Origin: Escherichia coli
GTDB lineage: Bacteria; Pseudomonadota; Gammaproteobacteria; Enterobacterales; Enterobacteriaceae
DNA: 64,000 nt
Direction: 5' to 3' (one strand)
Assembly (NCBI RefSeq): GCF_048403405.1
Contig: NZ_CP183129.1
Below the pieces are notes generated by a model that searched no databases, was not told the DNA's origin, and saw nothing but the letters and a program-made list of their open reading frames with translations. Each line of letters begins with the position of its first letter. The stretch's first letter is position 1. The translations under genes and the position numbers were made by a program. Positions 20,712 through 32,616 of this stretch are shown in pieces.

Positions 20712-21925
20712 ATATTCTGCAATTCAATGTGCGACTGGCGGAAGGCGGGGCAGCAGGTGTGGCGTTAGATCTCCACCAGCGTGCGCTGCAACAGGGGCTG
20801 GCATCACATTTTGTCTACGGCTACGGCAAAGGCGGCAAAGAGAGCGTCAGCCATCAGAACTATCCGCAGGTCATCAAACATACGCCGCGGATGACCGCGA
20901 TGGCGAACATTGCGTTGTTTCGTCTGCTTAATCGCGATCTGTTCGGCAATTTCAATGAGTTATATCGTACCATTACTCGCACACCGGGCCCGGTGGTTCT
21001 GCATTTTCATGTGCTGCACAGCTACTGGTTGAATCTTAACAGCGTGGTGCGCTTTTGCGAAAAAGTGAAAAACCATAAACCGGATGTCACTCTGGTCTGG
21101 ACACTGCACGACCACTGGAGCGTTACCGGACGCTGCGCCTTTACCGACGGTTGCGAAGGCTGGAAAACGGGCTGCCAGAAATGCCCGACCTTAAATAATT
21201 ATCCGCCGGTGAAGATTGATCGCGCACACCAACTGGTGGCGGGTAAACGCCAGTTATTCCGCGAGATGCTGGCACTGGGCTGTCAGTTTATTTCCCCCAG
21301 CCAGCATGTGGCTGATGCTTTCAATAGTCTGTACGGTCCAGGGCGTTGCCGGATTATCAATAACGGTATTGATATGGCAACCGAAGCGATTCTGGCGGAC
21401 TTGCCTCCGGTACGCGAAACCCAGGGCAAGCCGAAAATCGCGGTGGTGGCGCATGACCTGCGTTACGACGGCAAAACTAACCAGCAACTGGTACGCGAGA
21501 TGATGGCGCTGGGCGACAAAATCGAACTGCATACTTTCGGTAAGTTCTCGCCGTTCACCGCTGGTAACGTTGTTAATCACGGCTTTGAAACTGACAAACG
21601 TAAACTGATGAGCGCGCTCAACCAGATGGATGCGCTGGTGTTCAGTTCTCGCGTCGATAACTACCCGCTGATTTTGTGTGAGGCGCTATCAATTGGTGTG
21701 CCGGTGATTGCCACCCATAGCGATGCGGCGCGTGAAGTGCTGCAAAAATCCGGCGGTAAAACCGTCAGCGAAGAAGAGGTGCTGCAACTGGTGCAGTTAA
21801 GCAAACCGGAAATTGCGCAGGCGATATTTGGTACCACGCTGGCTGGGTTTAGCCAACGCAGCCGCGCCGCCTACAGTGGACAACAGATGCTGGAGGAGTA
21901 TGTCAACTTCTATCAGAATCTGTAG
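20708..21925 (+). CDS. wcaC: Colanic acid glycosyltransferase (GT1)
   Basis: 405-aa ORF, position in cluster. Confidence 0.85.
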   Translation: MNILQFNVRLAEGGAAGVALDLHQRALQQGLASHFVYGYGKGGKESVSHQNYPQVIKHTPRMTAMANIALFRLLNRDLFGNFNELYRTITRTPGPVVLHFHVLHSYWLNLNSVVRFCEKVKNHKPDVTLVWTLHDHWSVTGRCAFTDGCEGWKTGCQKCPTLNNYPPVKIDRAHQLVAGKRQLFREMLALGCQFISPSQHVADAFNSLYGPGRCRIINNGIDMATEAILADLPPVRETQGKPKIAVVAHDLRYDGKTNQQLVREMMALGDKIELHTFGKFSPFTAGNVVNHGFETDKRKLMSALNQMDALVFSSRVDNYPLILCEALSIGVPVIATHSDAAREVLQKSGGKTVSEEEVLQLVQLSKPEIAQAIFGTTLAGFSQRSRAAYSGQQMLEEYVNFYQNL

Positions 21926-23117
21926 CTACCTACTGCTGCCGCTGATTTACCTGCTGGTTAACGTCAAAATAGCCCAGCTTGGCGAAAGTTTCCCCATTAC
22001 CATCGTCACTTTTTTACCCGTCTTGTTACTGCTGTTTTTAGAGCGCATCAACGTTAAAAAATTGATGATTGCCTTAGGGGTTGGTGCGGGACTCACGGCG
22101 TTTAACTACCTGTTTGGTCAGTCGTTGGATGCCAGTAAATACGTCACTTCAACCATGCTGTTTGTCTATATTGTGATCATTATTGGCATGGTGTGGAGTA
22201 TTCGTTTTAAAACAATTTCGCCACACAACCATCGCAAGATATTACGTTTCTTTTATCTGGTGGTCGGGCTGGTGGTGGCGCTGGCGGCGGTGGAGATGGC
22301 GCAAATTATCCTCACCGGCGGTAGCAGTATTATGGAGTCGATTTCGAAATATCTGATTTACAGCAACAGCTATGTGCTGAATTTCATTAAATTCGGCGGC
22401 AAGCGCACGACAGCACTTTATTTCGAACCGGCATTTTTCGCTCTGGCATTAATCTCAATTTGGCTCAGCATCAAACAGTTTGGTATCAAAACGCCTAAAA
22501 CCGATGCTATGATTCTCGCAGGGATAATATTATCCGGATCGTTTTCAGGGGTTATGACCTTTATCCTTTTTTATTTGCTGGAGTGGGCATTTCAATATCT
22601 GAATAAAGAGGCGATTAAGAAAAAGTTACCGTTAGCATTGGTTTCTCTGGCTGTATTCCTGGTTGGTGTGGTAATCGCGTTTCCTTATATTTCCACCCGT
22701 CTGGGTGATTTAGGCACGGAAGGTTCGTCATCGTATTATCGTATTGTCGGTCCGCTGGTGATGGTCGGTTATTCTTTGACCCATATTGACGGTGTAGTCA
22801 GATTTGGCTCACTTTATGAATATGTCGCATCATTCGGAATATTTAACGGTGCGGATGTCGGAAAAACCATAGACAATGGTTTGTATCTGCTGATTATTTA
22901 TTTTTCCTGGTTCGCAGTGTTTTTATCGCTGTGGTACATGGGGAAAGTGATAAAAATGATGATCAACGCTTTTGGTGATAACCGCAATTTTCGCGTGCAA
23001 TTATATTTTTTTACTCCGGTATCGCTGTTTTTTACCGGTTCGATATTTAGCCCGGAATATGCATTTTTAATCGTCTGTCCGTTTATTTTGCGAAAAGCGT
23101 TAAATATTACGAGGTAA
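21900..23117 (+). CDS. wcaD: Colanic acid polymerase (integral membrane)
   Basis: ORF 21813..23117; start [13 protein letters not shown] at 21900 (405 aa); multi-TM. Confidence 0.8.
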   Translation: MSTSIRICSYLLLPLIYLLVNVKIAQLGESFPITIVTFLPVLLLLFLERINVKKLMIALGVGAGLTAFNYLFGQSLDASKYVTSTMLFVYIVIIIGMVWSIRFKTISPHNHRKILRFFYLVVGLVVALAAVEMAQIILTGGSSIMESISKYLIYSNSYVLNFIKFGGKRTTALYFEPAFFALALISIWLSIKQFGIKTPKTDAMILAGIILSGSFSGVMTFILFYLLEWAFQYLNKEAIKKKLPLALVSLAVFLVGVVIAFPYISTRLGDLGTEGSSSYYRIVGPLVMVGYSLTHIDGVVRFGSLYEYVASFGIFNGADVGKTIDNGLYLLIIYFSWFAVFLSLWYMGKVIKMMINAFGDNRNFRVQLYFFTPVSLFFTGSIFSPEYAFLIVCPFILRKALNITR

Positions 23118-23127
23118 GAATAAGAAC

Positions 23128-23874
23128 ATGTTGCTTAGCATAATCACTGTCGCGTTTCGTAACCTCGAAGGGATAGTCAAAACACATGCCTCGCTGGCGC
23201 ATCTAGCGCAGGTGGACGATATCAGCTTCGAATGGATTGTTGTCGATGGCGGTTCCAACGACGGTACCCGTGAGTATCTGGAAAATCTCAAGGGTATCTA
23301 TAACCTACGCTTTGTCAGCGAGCCAGATAACGGTATCTACGACGCCATGAACAAGGGCATTGCGATGGCACAAGGCAAGTTCGCGTTGTTTCTCAACTCG
23401 GGCGATATTTTTCATCAGGATGCCGCAAATTTTGTCCGTAAGTTAAAAGTGCAAAAAGATAACGTGATGATCACCGGCGATGCGCTGCTGGATTTTGGCG
23501 ACGGGCATAAAATTAAACGTAGCGCCAAACCGGGCTGGTATATTTACCACAGCCTGCCCGCCAGTCATCAGGCGATATTTTTCCCGGTGTCCGGCTTGAA
23601 GAAATGGCGTTATGACCTGGAATATAAAGTTTCTTCCGACTACGCGCTGGCGGCCAAAATGTATAAAGCCGGTTATGCATTTAAAAAACTCAATGGCCTG
23701 GTGTCTGAATTTTCCATGGGTGGGGTATCTACCACCAATAATATGGAATTGTGTGCTGATGCCAAAAAAGTCCAACGGCAAATATTACATGTGCCTGGCT
23801 TCTGGGCAGAATTATCCTGGCATTTACGCCAGCGTACTACCTCAAAGACGAAAGCCTTATATAACAAAAGCTGA
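23128..23874 (+). CDS. wcaE: Colanic acid glycosyltransferase (GT2)
   Basis: 248-aa [13 protein letters not shown] motif. Confidence 0.85.
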   Translation: MLLSIITVAFRNLEGIVKTHASLAHLAQVDDISFEWIVVDGGSNDGTREYLENLKGIYNLRFVSEPDNGIYDAMNKGIAMAQGKFALFLNSGDIFHQDAANFVRKLKVQKDNVMITGDALLDFGDGHKIKRSAKPGWYIYHSLPASHQAIFFPVSGLKKWRYDLEYKVSSDYALAAKMYKAGYAFKKLNGLVSEFSMGGVSTTNNMELCADAKKVQRQILHVPGFWAELSWHLRQRTTSKTKALYNKS

Positions 23875-23889
23875 ATATAAGGGAAAACG

Positions 23890-24438
23890 ATGCAGGATTT
23901 AAGTGGGTTCTCGGTGCCGAAAGGGTTCCGGGGCAGCAATGCTATTAAAGTGCAATTATGGTGGGCGGTACAGGCAACAATATTTGCCTGGTCGCCACAA
24001 GTATTGTATCGCTGGCGGGCATTTTTATTACGTTTATTCGGCGCAAAAATAGGAAAAAACGTAGTTATTCGTCCGTCAGTAAAAATTACCTATCCGTGGA
24101 AATTAACCTTAGGTGATTACGCGTGGGTCGGCGATGAGGTCAATTTATATACCCTCGGTGAAATAACCATTGGCGCACATTCGGTGATATCGCAAAAAAG
24201 TTATTTATGCACCGGGAGCCACGACCATGCAAGTCAACATTTCACCATTAACGCCACGCCTATTGTGATTGGCGAGAAATGCTGGCTGGCGACAGATGTT
24301 TTTGTTGCCCCTGGCGTCACGATCGGCAACGGCACCGTCGTGGGTGCGCGAAGCAGTGTTTTTAAATCGCTTCCGGCAAATGTGGTTTGCCGGGGGAACC
24401 CCGCAGTGGTGATACGCAAACGCGTTGAAACTGAATAA
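23890..24438 (+). CDS. wcaF: Colanic acid acetyltransferase (hexapeptide repeat)
   Basis: 182-aa ORF. Confidence 0.85.
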   Translation: MQDLSGFSVPKGFRGSNAIKVQLWWAVQATIFAWSPQVLYRWRAFLLRLFGAKIGKNVVIRPSVKITYPWKLTLGDYAWVGDEVNLYTLGEITIGAHSVISQKSYLCTGSHDHASQHFTINATPIVIGEKCWLATDVFVAPGVTIGNGTVVGARSSVFKSLPANVVCRGNPAVVIRKRVETE

Positions 24439-24464
24439 ATTCAAAAAATACAGAGGAATAAGAC

Positions 24465-25586
24465 ATGTCAAAAGTCGCTCTCATCACCGGCGTAACCGGA
24501 CAAGACGGTTCTTACCTGGCAGAGTTTCTGCTGGAAAAAGGTTACGAGGTGCATGGTATTAAGCGTCGCGCATCGTCATTCAACACCGAGCGCGTGGATC
24601 ACATTTATCAGGATCCGCACACCTGCAACCCGAAATTCCATCTGCATTATGGCGACCTGAGTGATACCTCCAACCTGACGCGCATTTTGCGTGAAGTGCA
24701 GCCGGATGAAGTGTACAACCTGGGCGCAATGAGCCACGTTGCGGTTTCTTTTGAGTCACCGGAATATACCGCTGACGTCGACGCGATGGGTACGCTGCGT
24801 CTGCTGGAGGCGATCCGCTTCCTCGGTCTGGAAAAGAAAACCCGTTTCTATCAGGCTTCCACCTCTGAACTGTATGGTCTGGTGCAGGAAATTCCGCAGA
24901 AAGAAACCACGCCGTTCTATCCACGCTCTCCGTATGCGGTCGCCAAACTGTACGCCTACTGGATCACCGTTAACTACCGCGAATCCTACGGCATGTACGC
25001 CTGTAACGGTATTCTCTTCAACCATGAATCCCCGCGCCGCGGCGAAACCTTCGTTACCCGCAAAATCACCCGCGCAATCGCCAACATCGCCCAGGGGCTG
25101 GAATCGTGCCTGTACCTCGGCAATATGGATTCCCTGCGTGACTGGGGCCATGCCAAAGACTACGTAAAAATGCAGTGGATGATGCTGCAACAGGAACAAC
25201 CGGAAGATTTCGTTATTGCCACCGGCGTTCAGTACTCCGTGCGTCAGTTCGTGGAAATGGCGGCAGCACAACTGGGCATCAAACTGCGCTTTGAAGGTAC
25301 GGGCGTTGAAGAGAAGGGCATTGTGGTTTCCGTCACCGGGCATGACGCGCCGGGCGTTAAACCGGGTGATGTGATTATCGCCGTTGATCCGCGTTACTTC
25401 CGTCCGGCTGAAGTTGAAACGCTGCTCGGCGACCCGACCAAAGCGCACGAAAAACTGGGCTGGAAACCGGAAATCACCCTCAGAGAGATGGTGTCTGAAA
25501 TGGTGGCTAATGACCTTGAAGCGGCGAAAAAACACTCTCTGCTGAAATCTCACGGCTACGACGTGGCGATCGCGCTGGAGTCATAA
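24465..25586 (+). CDS. gmd: GDP-mannose 4,6-dehydratase
   Basis: 373-aa [34 protein letters not shown]. Confidence 0.95.
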
Positions 25587-25588
25587 GC

Positions 25589-26554
25589 ATGAGTAAACAA
25601 CGCATTTTTATCGCTGGCCATCGCGGGATGGTCGGTTCCGCCATCAGGCGGCAGCTCGAACAGCGCGGTGATGTGGAACTGGTATTACGCACCCGCGACG
25701 AGCTGAACCTGCTGGACAGCCGCGCGGTGCATGATTTCTTTGCCAGCGAACGTATTGACCAGGTCTATCTGGCGGCGGCGAAAGTGGGCGGCATTGTTGC
25801 CAACAACACCTATCCGGCAGATTTCATCTACCAGAACATGATGATTGAGAGCAACATCATTCACGCCGCGCATCAGAACGACGTGAACAAACTGCTGTTT
25901 CTCGGATCGTCCTGTATCTACCCGAAACTGGCAAAACAGCCGATGGCAGAAAGCGAGTTATTGCAGGGTACGCTGGAGCCGACTAACGAGCCTTATGCTA
26001 TTGCCAAAATCGCCGGGATCAAACTGTGCGAATCTTACAACCGCCAGTATGGACGCGATTATCGCTCGGTCATGCCGACCAACCTGTATGGCCCGCATGA
26101 CAACTTCCACCCGAGTAATTCGCATGTGATCCCTGCATTGCTGCGTCGCTTCCACGAGGCGACGGCACAGAATGCACCGGACGTGGTGGTGTGGGGCAGC
26201 GGTACACCGATGCGCGAATTTCTGCACGTCGATGATATGGCGGCGGCGAGCATTCATGTGATGGAGCTGGCGCACGAAGTCTGGCTGGAGAACACCCAAC
26301 CGATGCTGTCGCACATTAACGTCGGCACGGGCGTTGACTGCACTATCCGCGAGCTGGCGCAAACCATCGCCAAAGTGGTGGGTTACAAAGGTCGGGTGGT
26401 TTTTGATGCCAGTAAACCGGATGGTACACCGCGCAAACTGCTGGATGTGACACGCCTGCATCAGCTTGGCTGGTATCACGAAATCTCACTGGAAGCGGGG
26501 CTCGCCAGCACTTACCAGTGGTTCCTTGAGAATCAAGACCGCTTTCGGGGGTAA
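25589..26554 (+). CDS. fcl: GDP-L-fucose synthase
   Basis: 321-aa [22 protein letters not shown]. Confidence 0.95.
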   Translation: MSKQRIFIAGHRGMVGSAIRRQLEQRGDVELVLRTRDELNLLDSRAVHDFFASERIDQVYLAAAKVGGIVANNTYPADFIYQNMMIESNIIHAAHQNDVNKLLFLGSSCIYPKLAKQPMAESELLQGTLEPTNEPYAIAKIAGIKLCESYNRQYGRDYRSVMPTNLYGPHDNFHPSNSHVIPALLRRFHEATAQNAPDVVVWGSGTPMREFLHVDDMAAASIHVMELAHEVWLENTQPMLSHINVGTGVDCTIRELAQTIAKVVGYKGRVVFDASKPDGTPRKLLDVTRLHQLGWYHEISLEAGLASTYQWFLENQDRFRG

Positions 26555-27036
26555 TGATGTTTTTACGTCAGGAAGACTTTGCCACGGTAGTGCGCTCTAC
26601 TCCGCTTGTCTCTCTCGACTTTATTGTCGAGAACAGTCGCGGCGAGTTTCTGCTTGGCAAAAGAACCAACCGCCCGGCGCAGGGTTACTGGTTTGTGCCG
26701 GGAGGGCGCGTGCAGAAAGACGAAACGCTGGAAGCCGCATTTGAGCGGCTGACGATGGAGGAACTGGGGCTGCGTCTGCCGATAACAGTAGGCCAGTTTT
26801 ACGGTGTCTGGCAGCACTTTTATGACGATAACTTCTCCGACACGGATTTCACCACTCACTATGTGGTGCTCGGTTTTCGCTTCAGAGTCGCTGAAGAAGA
26901 TCTGTTACTGCCGGATGAGCAGCATGACGATTACCGCTGGCTGACGCCGGACGCGTTGCTCGCCAGTGACAATGTTCACGCTAACAGCCGCGCCTATTTT
27001 CTCGCTGAGAAGCGTGCCGGAGTTCCCGGATTATGA
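26554..27036 (+). CDS. gmm: GDP-mannose mannosyl hydrolase (Nudix)
   Basis: 160-aa ORF with Nudix-like core. Confidence 0.85.
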   Translation: MMFLRQEDFATVVRSTPLVSLDFIVENSRGEFLLGKRTNRPAQGYWFVPGGRVQKDETLEAAFERLTMEELGLRLPITVGQFYGVWQHFYDDNFSDTDFTTHYVVLGFRFRVAEEDLLLPDEQHDDYRWLTPDALLASDNVHANSRAYFLAEKRAGVPGL

Positions 27037-28256
27037 AAATACTGGTCTACGGCATTAACTACTCGCCGGAGTTAACCGGCATCGGCAAGTACACCGGCGA
27101 GATGGTGGAATGGCTGGCGGCACAAGGTCATGAGGTGCGGGTTATTACCGCACCGCCTTACTACCCGCAATGGCAGGTGGGCGAGAACTATTCCGCCTGG
27201 CGGTACAAACGAGAAGAGGGGGCCGCCACGGTGTGGCGCTGCCCGCTGTACGTGCCAAAACAGCCGAGCACCCTGAAACGCCTGTTGCATCTCGGCAGTT
27301 TTGCCGCCAGCAGTTTCTTTCCGCTGATGGCGCAACGTCGCTGGAAGCCGGATCGCATTATCGGCGTGGTGCCAACGCTGTTTTGCACGCCGGGAATGCG
27401 CCTGCTGGCGAAACTGTCTGGTGCGCGCACGGTGCTGCATATTCAGGATTACGAAGTGGACGCCATGCTGGGGCTGGGCCTTGCCGGAAAAGGCAAAGGC
27501 GGCAAAGTGGCACAGCTGGCGACGGCGTTCGAACGTAGCGGACTGCATAACGTCGATAACGTCTCCACGATTTCGCGTTCGATGATGAATAAAGCCATCG
27601 AAAAAGGCGTGGCGGCAGAAAACGTCATCTTCTTCCCCAACTGGTCGGAAATCGCCCGTTTTCAACATGTTGCAGACGCCGATGTTGACGACCTTCGTAA
27701 CCAGCTTGCCCTGCCGGATAACAAAAAAATCATTCTTTACTCCGGCAATATTGGTGAAAAGCAGGGGCTGGAAAACGTTATTGAAGCTGCCGATCGCCTG
27801 CGCGATGAACCGCTTATTTTTGCCATTGTCGGGCAGGGCGGCGGCAAAGCGCGGCTGGAAAAAATGGCGCAGCAGCGTGGACTGCGCAACATGCAATTTT
27901 TTCCGCTGCAATCATATGACGCTTTACCCGCACTGCTGAAGATGGGCGATTGCCATCTGGTGGTGCAAAAACGCGGCGCGGCAGATGCCGTATTGCCGTC
28001 GAAACTGACCAATATTCTGGCGGTAGGCGGTAACGCGGTGATTACTGCTGAAGCCCACACAGAACTGGGACAGCTTTGCGAAACCTTTCCGGGCATTGCG
28101 GTTTGCGTGGAACCGGAATCGGTCGAGGCGCTGGTGGCGGGGATTCGTCAGGCGCTCCTGCTGCCCAAACACAACACGGTGGCACGTGAATATGCCGAAC
28201 GCACGCTCGATAAAGAGAACGTGTTACGTCAATTTATAAATGATATTCGGGGATAA
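27033..28256 (+). CDS. wcaI: Colanic acid glycosyltransferase (GT1/GT4)
   Basis: 407-aa ORF. Confidence 0.85.
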   Translation: MKILVYGINYSPELTGIGKYTGEMVEWLAAQGHEVRVITAPPYYPQWQVGENYSAWRYKREEGAATVWRCPLYVPKQPSTLKRLLHLGSFAASSFFPLMAQRRWKPDRIIGVVPTLFCTPGMRLLAKLSGARTVLHIQDYEVDAMLGLGLAGKGKGGKVAQLATAFERSGLHNVDNVSTISRSMMNKAIEKGVAAENVIFFPNWSEIARFQHVADADVDDLRNQLALPDNKKIILYSGNIGEKQGLENVIEAADRLRDEPLIFAIVGQGGGKARLEKMAQQRGLRNMQFFPLQSYDALPALLKMGDCHLVVQKRGAADAVLPSKLTNILAVGGNAVITAEAHTELGQLCETFPGIAVCVEPESVEALVAGIRQALLLPKHNTVAREYAERTLDKENVLRQFINDIRG

Positions 28257-28258
28257 TT

Positions 28259-29695
28259 ATGGCGCAGTCGAAACTCTATCCAGTTGTGATGGCAGGTGGC
28301 TCCGGTAGCCGCTTATGGCCGCTTTCCCGCGTACTTTACCCCAAGCAGTTTTTATGCCTGAAAGGCGATCTCACCATGCTGCAAACCACCATCTGCCGCC
28401 TGAACGGCGTGGAGTGCGAAAGCCCGGTGGTGATTTGCAATGAGCAGCACCGCTTTATTGTCGCGGAACAGCTGCGTCAACTGAATAAACTCACCGAGAA
28501 CATTATTCTCGAACCGGCAGGGCGTAACACTGCACCTGCCATTGCGCTGGCGGCGCTGGCGGCAAAACGTCATAGCCCGGAGAGCGACCCGTTAATGCTG
28601 GTCTTGGCGGCGGATCATGTGATTGCCGACGAAGACGCGTTCCGTGCCGCCGTGCGTAATGCCATGCCGTATGCCGAAGCGGGTAAGCTGGTCACCTTCG
28701 GCATTGTGCCGGATCTACCTGAAACCGGATATGGCTATATTCGTCGCGGTGAAGTGTCGGCGGGCGAGCAGGATACGGTGGCCTTTGAAGTGGCGCAGTT
28801 TGTCGAAAAACCGAATCTGGAAACCGCTCAGGCCTATGTGGCAAGCGGCGAATATTACTGGAACAGCGGTATGTTCCTGTTCCGTGCCGGACGCTATCTC
28901 GAAGAACTGAAAAAATATCGCCCGGATATTCTCGATGCCTGCGAAAAAGCGATGAGCGCCGTCGATCCGGATCTCGATTTTATTCGTGTGGATGAAGAAG
29001 CGTTTCTGGCCTGCCCGGAAGAGTCGGTGGATTACGCGGTCATGGAACGCACGGCAGATGCCGTTGTGGTGCCGATGGATGCAGGCTGGAGCGATGTCGG
29101 CTCCTGGTCCTCTTTATGGGAGATCAGCGCCCACACCGCCGAGGGCAACGTTTGCCATGGCGATGTGATTAATCACAAAACTGAAAACAGCTATGTGTAT
29201 GCCGAATCTGGCCTGGTCACCACCGTCGGGGTGAAAGATTTGGTGGTAGTGCAGACCAAAGATGCGGTGCTGATTGCCGACCGTAATGCGGTGCAGGATG
29301 TGAAAAAAGTGGTCGAGCAGATCAAAGCTGATGGTCGCCATGAGCATCGGGTGCATCGCGAAGTGTATCGTCCGTGGGGCAAATATGACTCTATCGACGC
29401 GGGCGACCGCTATCAGGTGAAACGCATCACCGTGAAACCGGGCGAAGGCTTGTCAGTACAGATGCACCATCACCGCGCGGAACACTGGGTAGTGGTCGCG
29501 GGAACGGCAAAAGTCACTATTGACGGTGATATCAAACTGCTTGGTGAAAACGAGTCCATTTATATTCCGCTGGGGGCGACGCACTGCCTGGAAAACCCGG
29601 GGAAAATTCCGCTCGATTTAATTGAAGTGCGCTCCGGCTCTTATCTCGAAGAGGATGATGTGGTGCGCTTCGCGGATCGCTACGGACGGGTGTAG
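28259..29695 (+). CDS. cpsB: Mannose-1-phosphate guanylyltransferase
   Basis: 478-aa [14 protein letters not shown] nucleotidyltransferase motif; C-terminal cupin. Confidence 0.9.
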   Translation: MAQSKLYPVVMAGGSGSRLWPLSRVLYPKQFLCLKGDLTMLQTTICRLNGVECESPVVICNEQHRFIVAEQLRQLNKLTENIILEPAGRNTAPAIALAALAAKRHSPESDPLMLVLAADHVIADEDAFRAAVRNAMPYAEAGKLVTFGIVPDLPETGYGYIRRGEVSAGEQDTVAFEVAQFVEKPNLETAQAYVASGEYYWNSGMFLFRAGRYLEELKKYRPDILDACEKAMSAVDPDLDFIRVDEEAFLACPEESVDYAVMERTADAVVVPMDAGWSDVGSWSSLWEISAHTAEGNVCHGDVINHKTENSYVYAESGLVTTVGVKDLVVVQTKDAVLIADRNAVQDVKKVVEQIKADGRHEHRVHREVYRPWGKYDSIDAGDRYQVKRITVKPGEGLSVQMHHHRAEHWVVVAGTAKVTIDGDIKLLGENESIYIPLGATHCLENPGKIPLDLIEVRSGSYLEEDDVVRFADRYGRV

Positions 29696-29795
29696 CCGTT
29701 GAATAATCAACCGGATTAATTCTCCGGTAAATAACGAAAAAACAAAATTGGCCGTTTCGGTCAGGGCCAACTATTGCCTGAAAAAGGGTAACGAC

Positions 29796-31166
29796 ATGAA
29801 AAAATTAACCTGCTTTAAAGCCTATGATATTCGCGGGAAATTAGGCGAAGAACTGAATGAAGATATCGCCTGGCGCATTGGTCGCGCCTATGGCGAATTT
29901 CTCAAACCGAAAACCATTGTGTTAGGCTGTGATGTCCGCCTCACCAGCGAAACCTTAAAACTGGCGCTGGCGAAAGGTTTACAGGATGCGGGCGTCGATG
30001 TGCTGGATATTGGCATGTCCGGCACCGAAGAGATCTATTTCGCCACGTTCCATCTCGGCGTGGATGGTGGCATTGAAGTTACCGCCAGCCATAACCCGAT
30101 GGATTACAACGGCATGAAGCTGGTGCGCGAGGGGGCCCGCCCGATCAGCGGTGATACCGGACTGCGCGATGTCCAGCGTCTGGCAGAAGCCAACGACTTC
30201 CCTCCCGTTGATGAAACCAAACGCGGTCGCTATCAGCAAATCAATCTGCGTGACGCTTACGTTGATCACCTGTTCGGTTATATCAACGTCAAAAACCTCA
30301 CGCCGCTCAAGCTGGTGATCAACTCCGGGAACGGCGCAGCGGGTCCGGTGGTGGACGCCATCGAAGCCCGCTTTAACGCCCTCGGCGCACCTGTGGAATT
30401 GATCAAAGTGCACAACACGCCGGACGGCAATTTCCCCAACGGTATTCCTAACCCGCTGCTGCCAGAATGTCGCGACGACACTCGCAATGCGGTCATTAAA
30501 CACGGCGCGGATATGGGCATTGCCTTTGATGGCGATTTTGACCGCTGTTTCCTGTTTGACGAAAAAGGGCAGTTTATCGAGGGTTACTACATTGTCGGTT
30601 TGCTGGCAGAAGCGTTCCTCGAAAAAAATCCCGGCGCGAAGATCATCCACGATCCGCGTCTCTCCTGGAACACCGTTGATGTGGTGACTGCCGCAGGCGG
30701 TACGCCGGTAATGTCGAAAACCGGACACGCCTTTATTAAAGAACGTATGCGCAAGGAAGACGCCATCTACGGTGGCGAAATGAGCGCCCACCATTACTTC
30801 CGTGATTTCGCTTACTGCGACAGCGGCATGATCCCGTGGCTGCTGGTCGCCGAACTGGTGTGCCTGAAAGGAAAAACGCTGGGCGAACTGGTGCGCGACC
30901 GGATGGCGGCGTTTCCGGCAAGCGGTGAGATCAACAGCAAACTGGCACAACCTGTTGAGGCGATTAACCGCGTGGAACAGCACTTTAGCCGCGAGGCGCT
31001 GGCGGTGGATCGTACCGATGGCATCAGCATGACCTTTGCCGACTGGCGCTTTAATCTGCGCTCCTCCAACACCGAACCGGTGGTGCGGTTGAATGTGGAA
31101 TCACGCGGTGATGTGCCGCTGATGGAAGCGCGAACGCGAACTCTGCTGACGTTGCTGAACGAGTAA
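29796..31166 (+). CDS. cpsG: Phosphomannomutase
   Basis: ORF 29748..31166; start [14 protein letters not shown] at 29796; TASHNP active-site motif. Confidence 0.9.
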   Translation: MKKLTCFKAYDIRGKLGEELNEDIAWRIGRAYGEFLKPKTIVLGCDVRLTSETLKLALAKGLQDAGVDVLDIGMSGTEEIYFATFHLGVDGGIEVTASHNPMDYNGMKLVREGARPISGDTGLRDVQRLAEANDFPPVDETKRGRYQQINLRDAYVDHLFGYINVKNLTPLKLVINSGNGAAGPVVDAIEARFNALGAPVELIKVHNTPDGNFPNGIPNPLLPECRDDTRNAVIKHGADMGIAFDGDFDRCFLFDEKGQFIEGYYIVGLLAEAFLEKNPGAKIIHDPRLSWNTVDVVTAAGGTPVMSKTGHAFIKERMRKEDAIYGGEMSAHHYFRDFAYCDSGMIPWLLVAELVCLKGKTLGELVRDRMAAFPASGEINSKLAQPVEAINRVEQHFSREALAVDRTDGISMTFADWRFNLRSSNTEPVVRLNVESRGDVPLMEARTRTLLTLLNE

Positions 31167-31220
31167 TGTCGGATCTTCCCTTACTCCACTGCGGGTAAGG
31201 GGTTAAAAACAGGAACAACG

Positions 31221-32615
31221 ATGACAAATCTAAAAAAGCGCGAGCGAGCGAAAACCAATGCATCGTTAATCTCTATGGTGCAACGCTTTTCAGATATCAC
31301 CATCATGTTTGCCGGACTATGGCTGGTTTGCGAAGTGAGCGGACTGTCATTCCTCTACATGCACCTGTTGGTGGCGCTGATTACGCTGGTGGTGTTCCAG
31401 ATGCTGGGCGGCATCACCGATTTTTATCGCTCATGGCGCGGTGTTCGGGCATCGACAGAATTTGCTCTGTTGCTACAAAACTGGACGTTAAGCGTGATTT
31501 TCAGCGCCGGACTGGTGGCGTTTAACAATGATTTCGACACGCAACTGAAAATCTGGCTGGCGTGGTATGGACTGACCAGCATCGGACTGGTGGTTTGCCG
31601 TTCGTGTATTCGCATTGGGGCGGGCTGGCTGCGTAATCATGGCTATAACAAACGCATGGTCGCCGTAGCGGGGGATTTAGCCGCCGGACAAATGCTGATG
31701 GAAAGCTTCCGTAATCAGCCGTGGTTAGGGTTTGAAGTGGTGGGCGTTTACCACGACCCGAAACCGGGCGGCGTTTCTAACGACTGGGCGGGCAATCTGC
31801 AACAACTGGTCGAGGATGCGAAAGCGGGCAAGATTCATAACGTCTATATCGCGATGCAGATGTGCGACGGCGCGCGAGTGAAAAAACTGGTCCATCAACT
31901 GGCGGACACCACCTGTTCGGTGCTGCTGATCCCCGATGTCTTTACCTTCAACATTCTCCATTCCCGTCTCGAAGAGATGAACGGCGTACCGGTGGTGCCG
32001 CTGTATGACACGCCGCTTTCCGGGGTTAACCGCCTGCTAAAACGTGCGGAAGATATTGTGCTGGCGACGCTTATTCTGCTGCTGATCTCCCCGGTGCTGT
32101 GCTGTATTGCGCTGGCGGTAAAACTCAGTTCACCAGGACCGGTTATTTTCCGCCAGACTCGCTATGGCATGGATGGCAAACCGATCAAAGTGTGGAAGTT
32201 CCGTTCCATGAAAGTGATGGAGAACGACAAAGTGGTGACTCAGGCGACGCAGAACGATCCGCGCGTCACCAAAGTGGGGAACTTTCTGCGCCGCACCTCG
32301 CTGGATGAATTGCCGCAGTTTATCAATGTGCTGACCGGGGGGATGTCGATTGTCGGTCCACGTCCGCACGCTGTAGCGCATAACGAACAGTATCGCCAGC
32401 TCATTGAAGGCTACATGCTGCGCCATAAGGTGAAACCGGGCATTACCGGGTGGGCGCAGATTAACGGCTGGCGCGGCGAAACCGACACACTGGAGAAAAT
32501 GGAAAAACGCGTCGAGTTCGACCTTGAGTACATCCGCGAATGGAGCGTCTGGTTCGATATCAAAATCGTTTTCCTGACGGTATTCAAAGGCTTCGTTAAC
32601 AAAGCGGCATATTGA
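31221..32615 (+). CDS. wcaJ: Undecaprenyl-phosphate glucose phosphotransferase
   Basis: 464-aa ORF; TM N-terminus and C-terminal sugar transferase domain (PGITGWAQI). Confidence 0.9.
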   Translation: MTNLKKRERAKTNASLISMVQRFSDITIMFAGLWLVCEVSGLSFLYMHLLVALITLVVFQMLGGITDFYRSWRGVRASTEFALLLQNWTLSVIFSAGLVAFNNDFDTQLKIWLAWYGLTSIGLVVCRSCIRIGAGWLRNHGYNKRMVAVAGDLAAGQMLMESFRNQPWLGFEVVGVYHDPKPGGVSNDWAGNLQQLVEDAKAGKIHNVYIAMQMCDGARVKKLVHQLADTTCSVLLIPDVFTFNILHSRLEEMNGVPVVPLYDTPLSGVNRLLKRAEDIVLATLILLLISPVLCCIALAVKLSSPGPVIFRQTRYGMDGKPIKVWKFRSMKVMENDKVVTQATQNDPRVTKVGNFLRRTSLDELPQFINVLTGGMSIVGPRPHAVAHNEQYRQLIEGYMLRHKVKPGITGWAQINGWRGETDTLEKMEKRVEFDLEYIREWSVWFDIKIVFLTVFKGFVNKAAY

Positions 32616-32616
32616 T

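Noticed and set aside
24756-25553. Long antisense ORFs inside conserved genes (265 aa opposite gmd; also 391 aa opposite gnd at 49256..50431, 334 aa opposite cpsG at 29979..30983, 279 aa opposite wcaI at 27072..27911)
   Set aside because: They lie entirely within well-supported genes on the other strand and their translations are low-complexity (R/H/Q-rich) with no recognisable motifs; typical shadow ORFs of GC-rich coding DNA.
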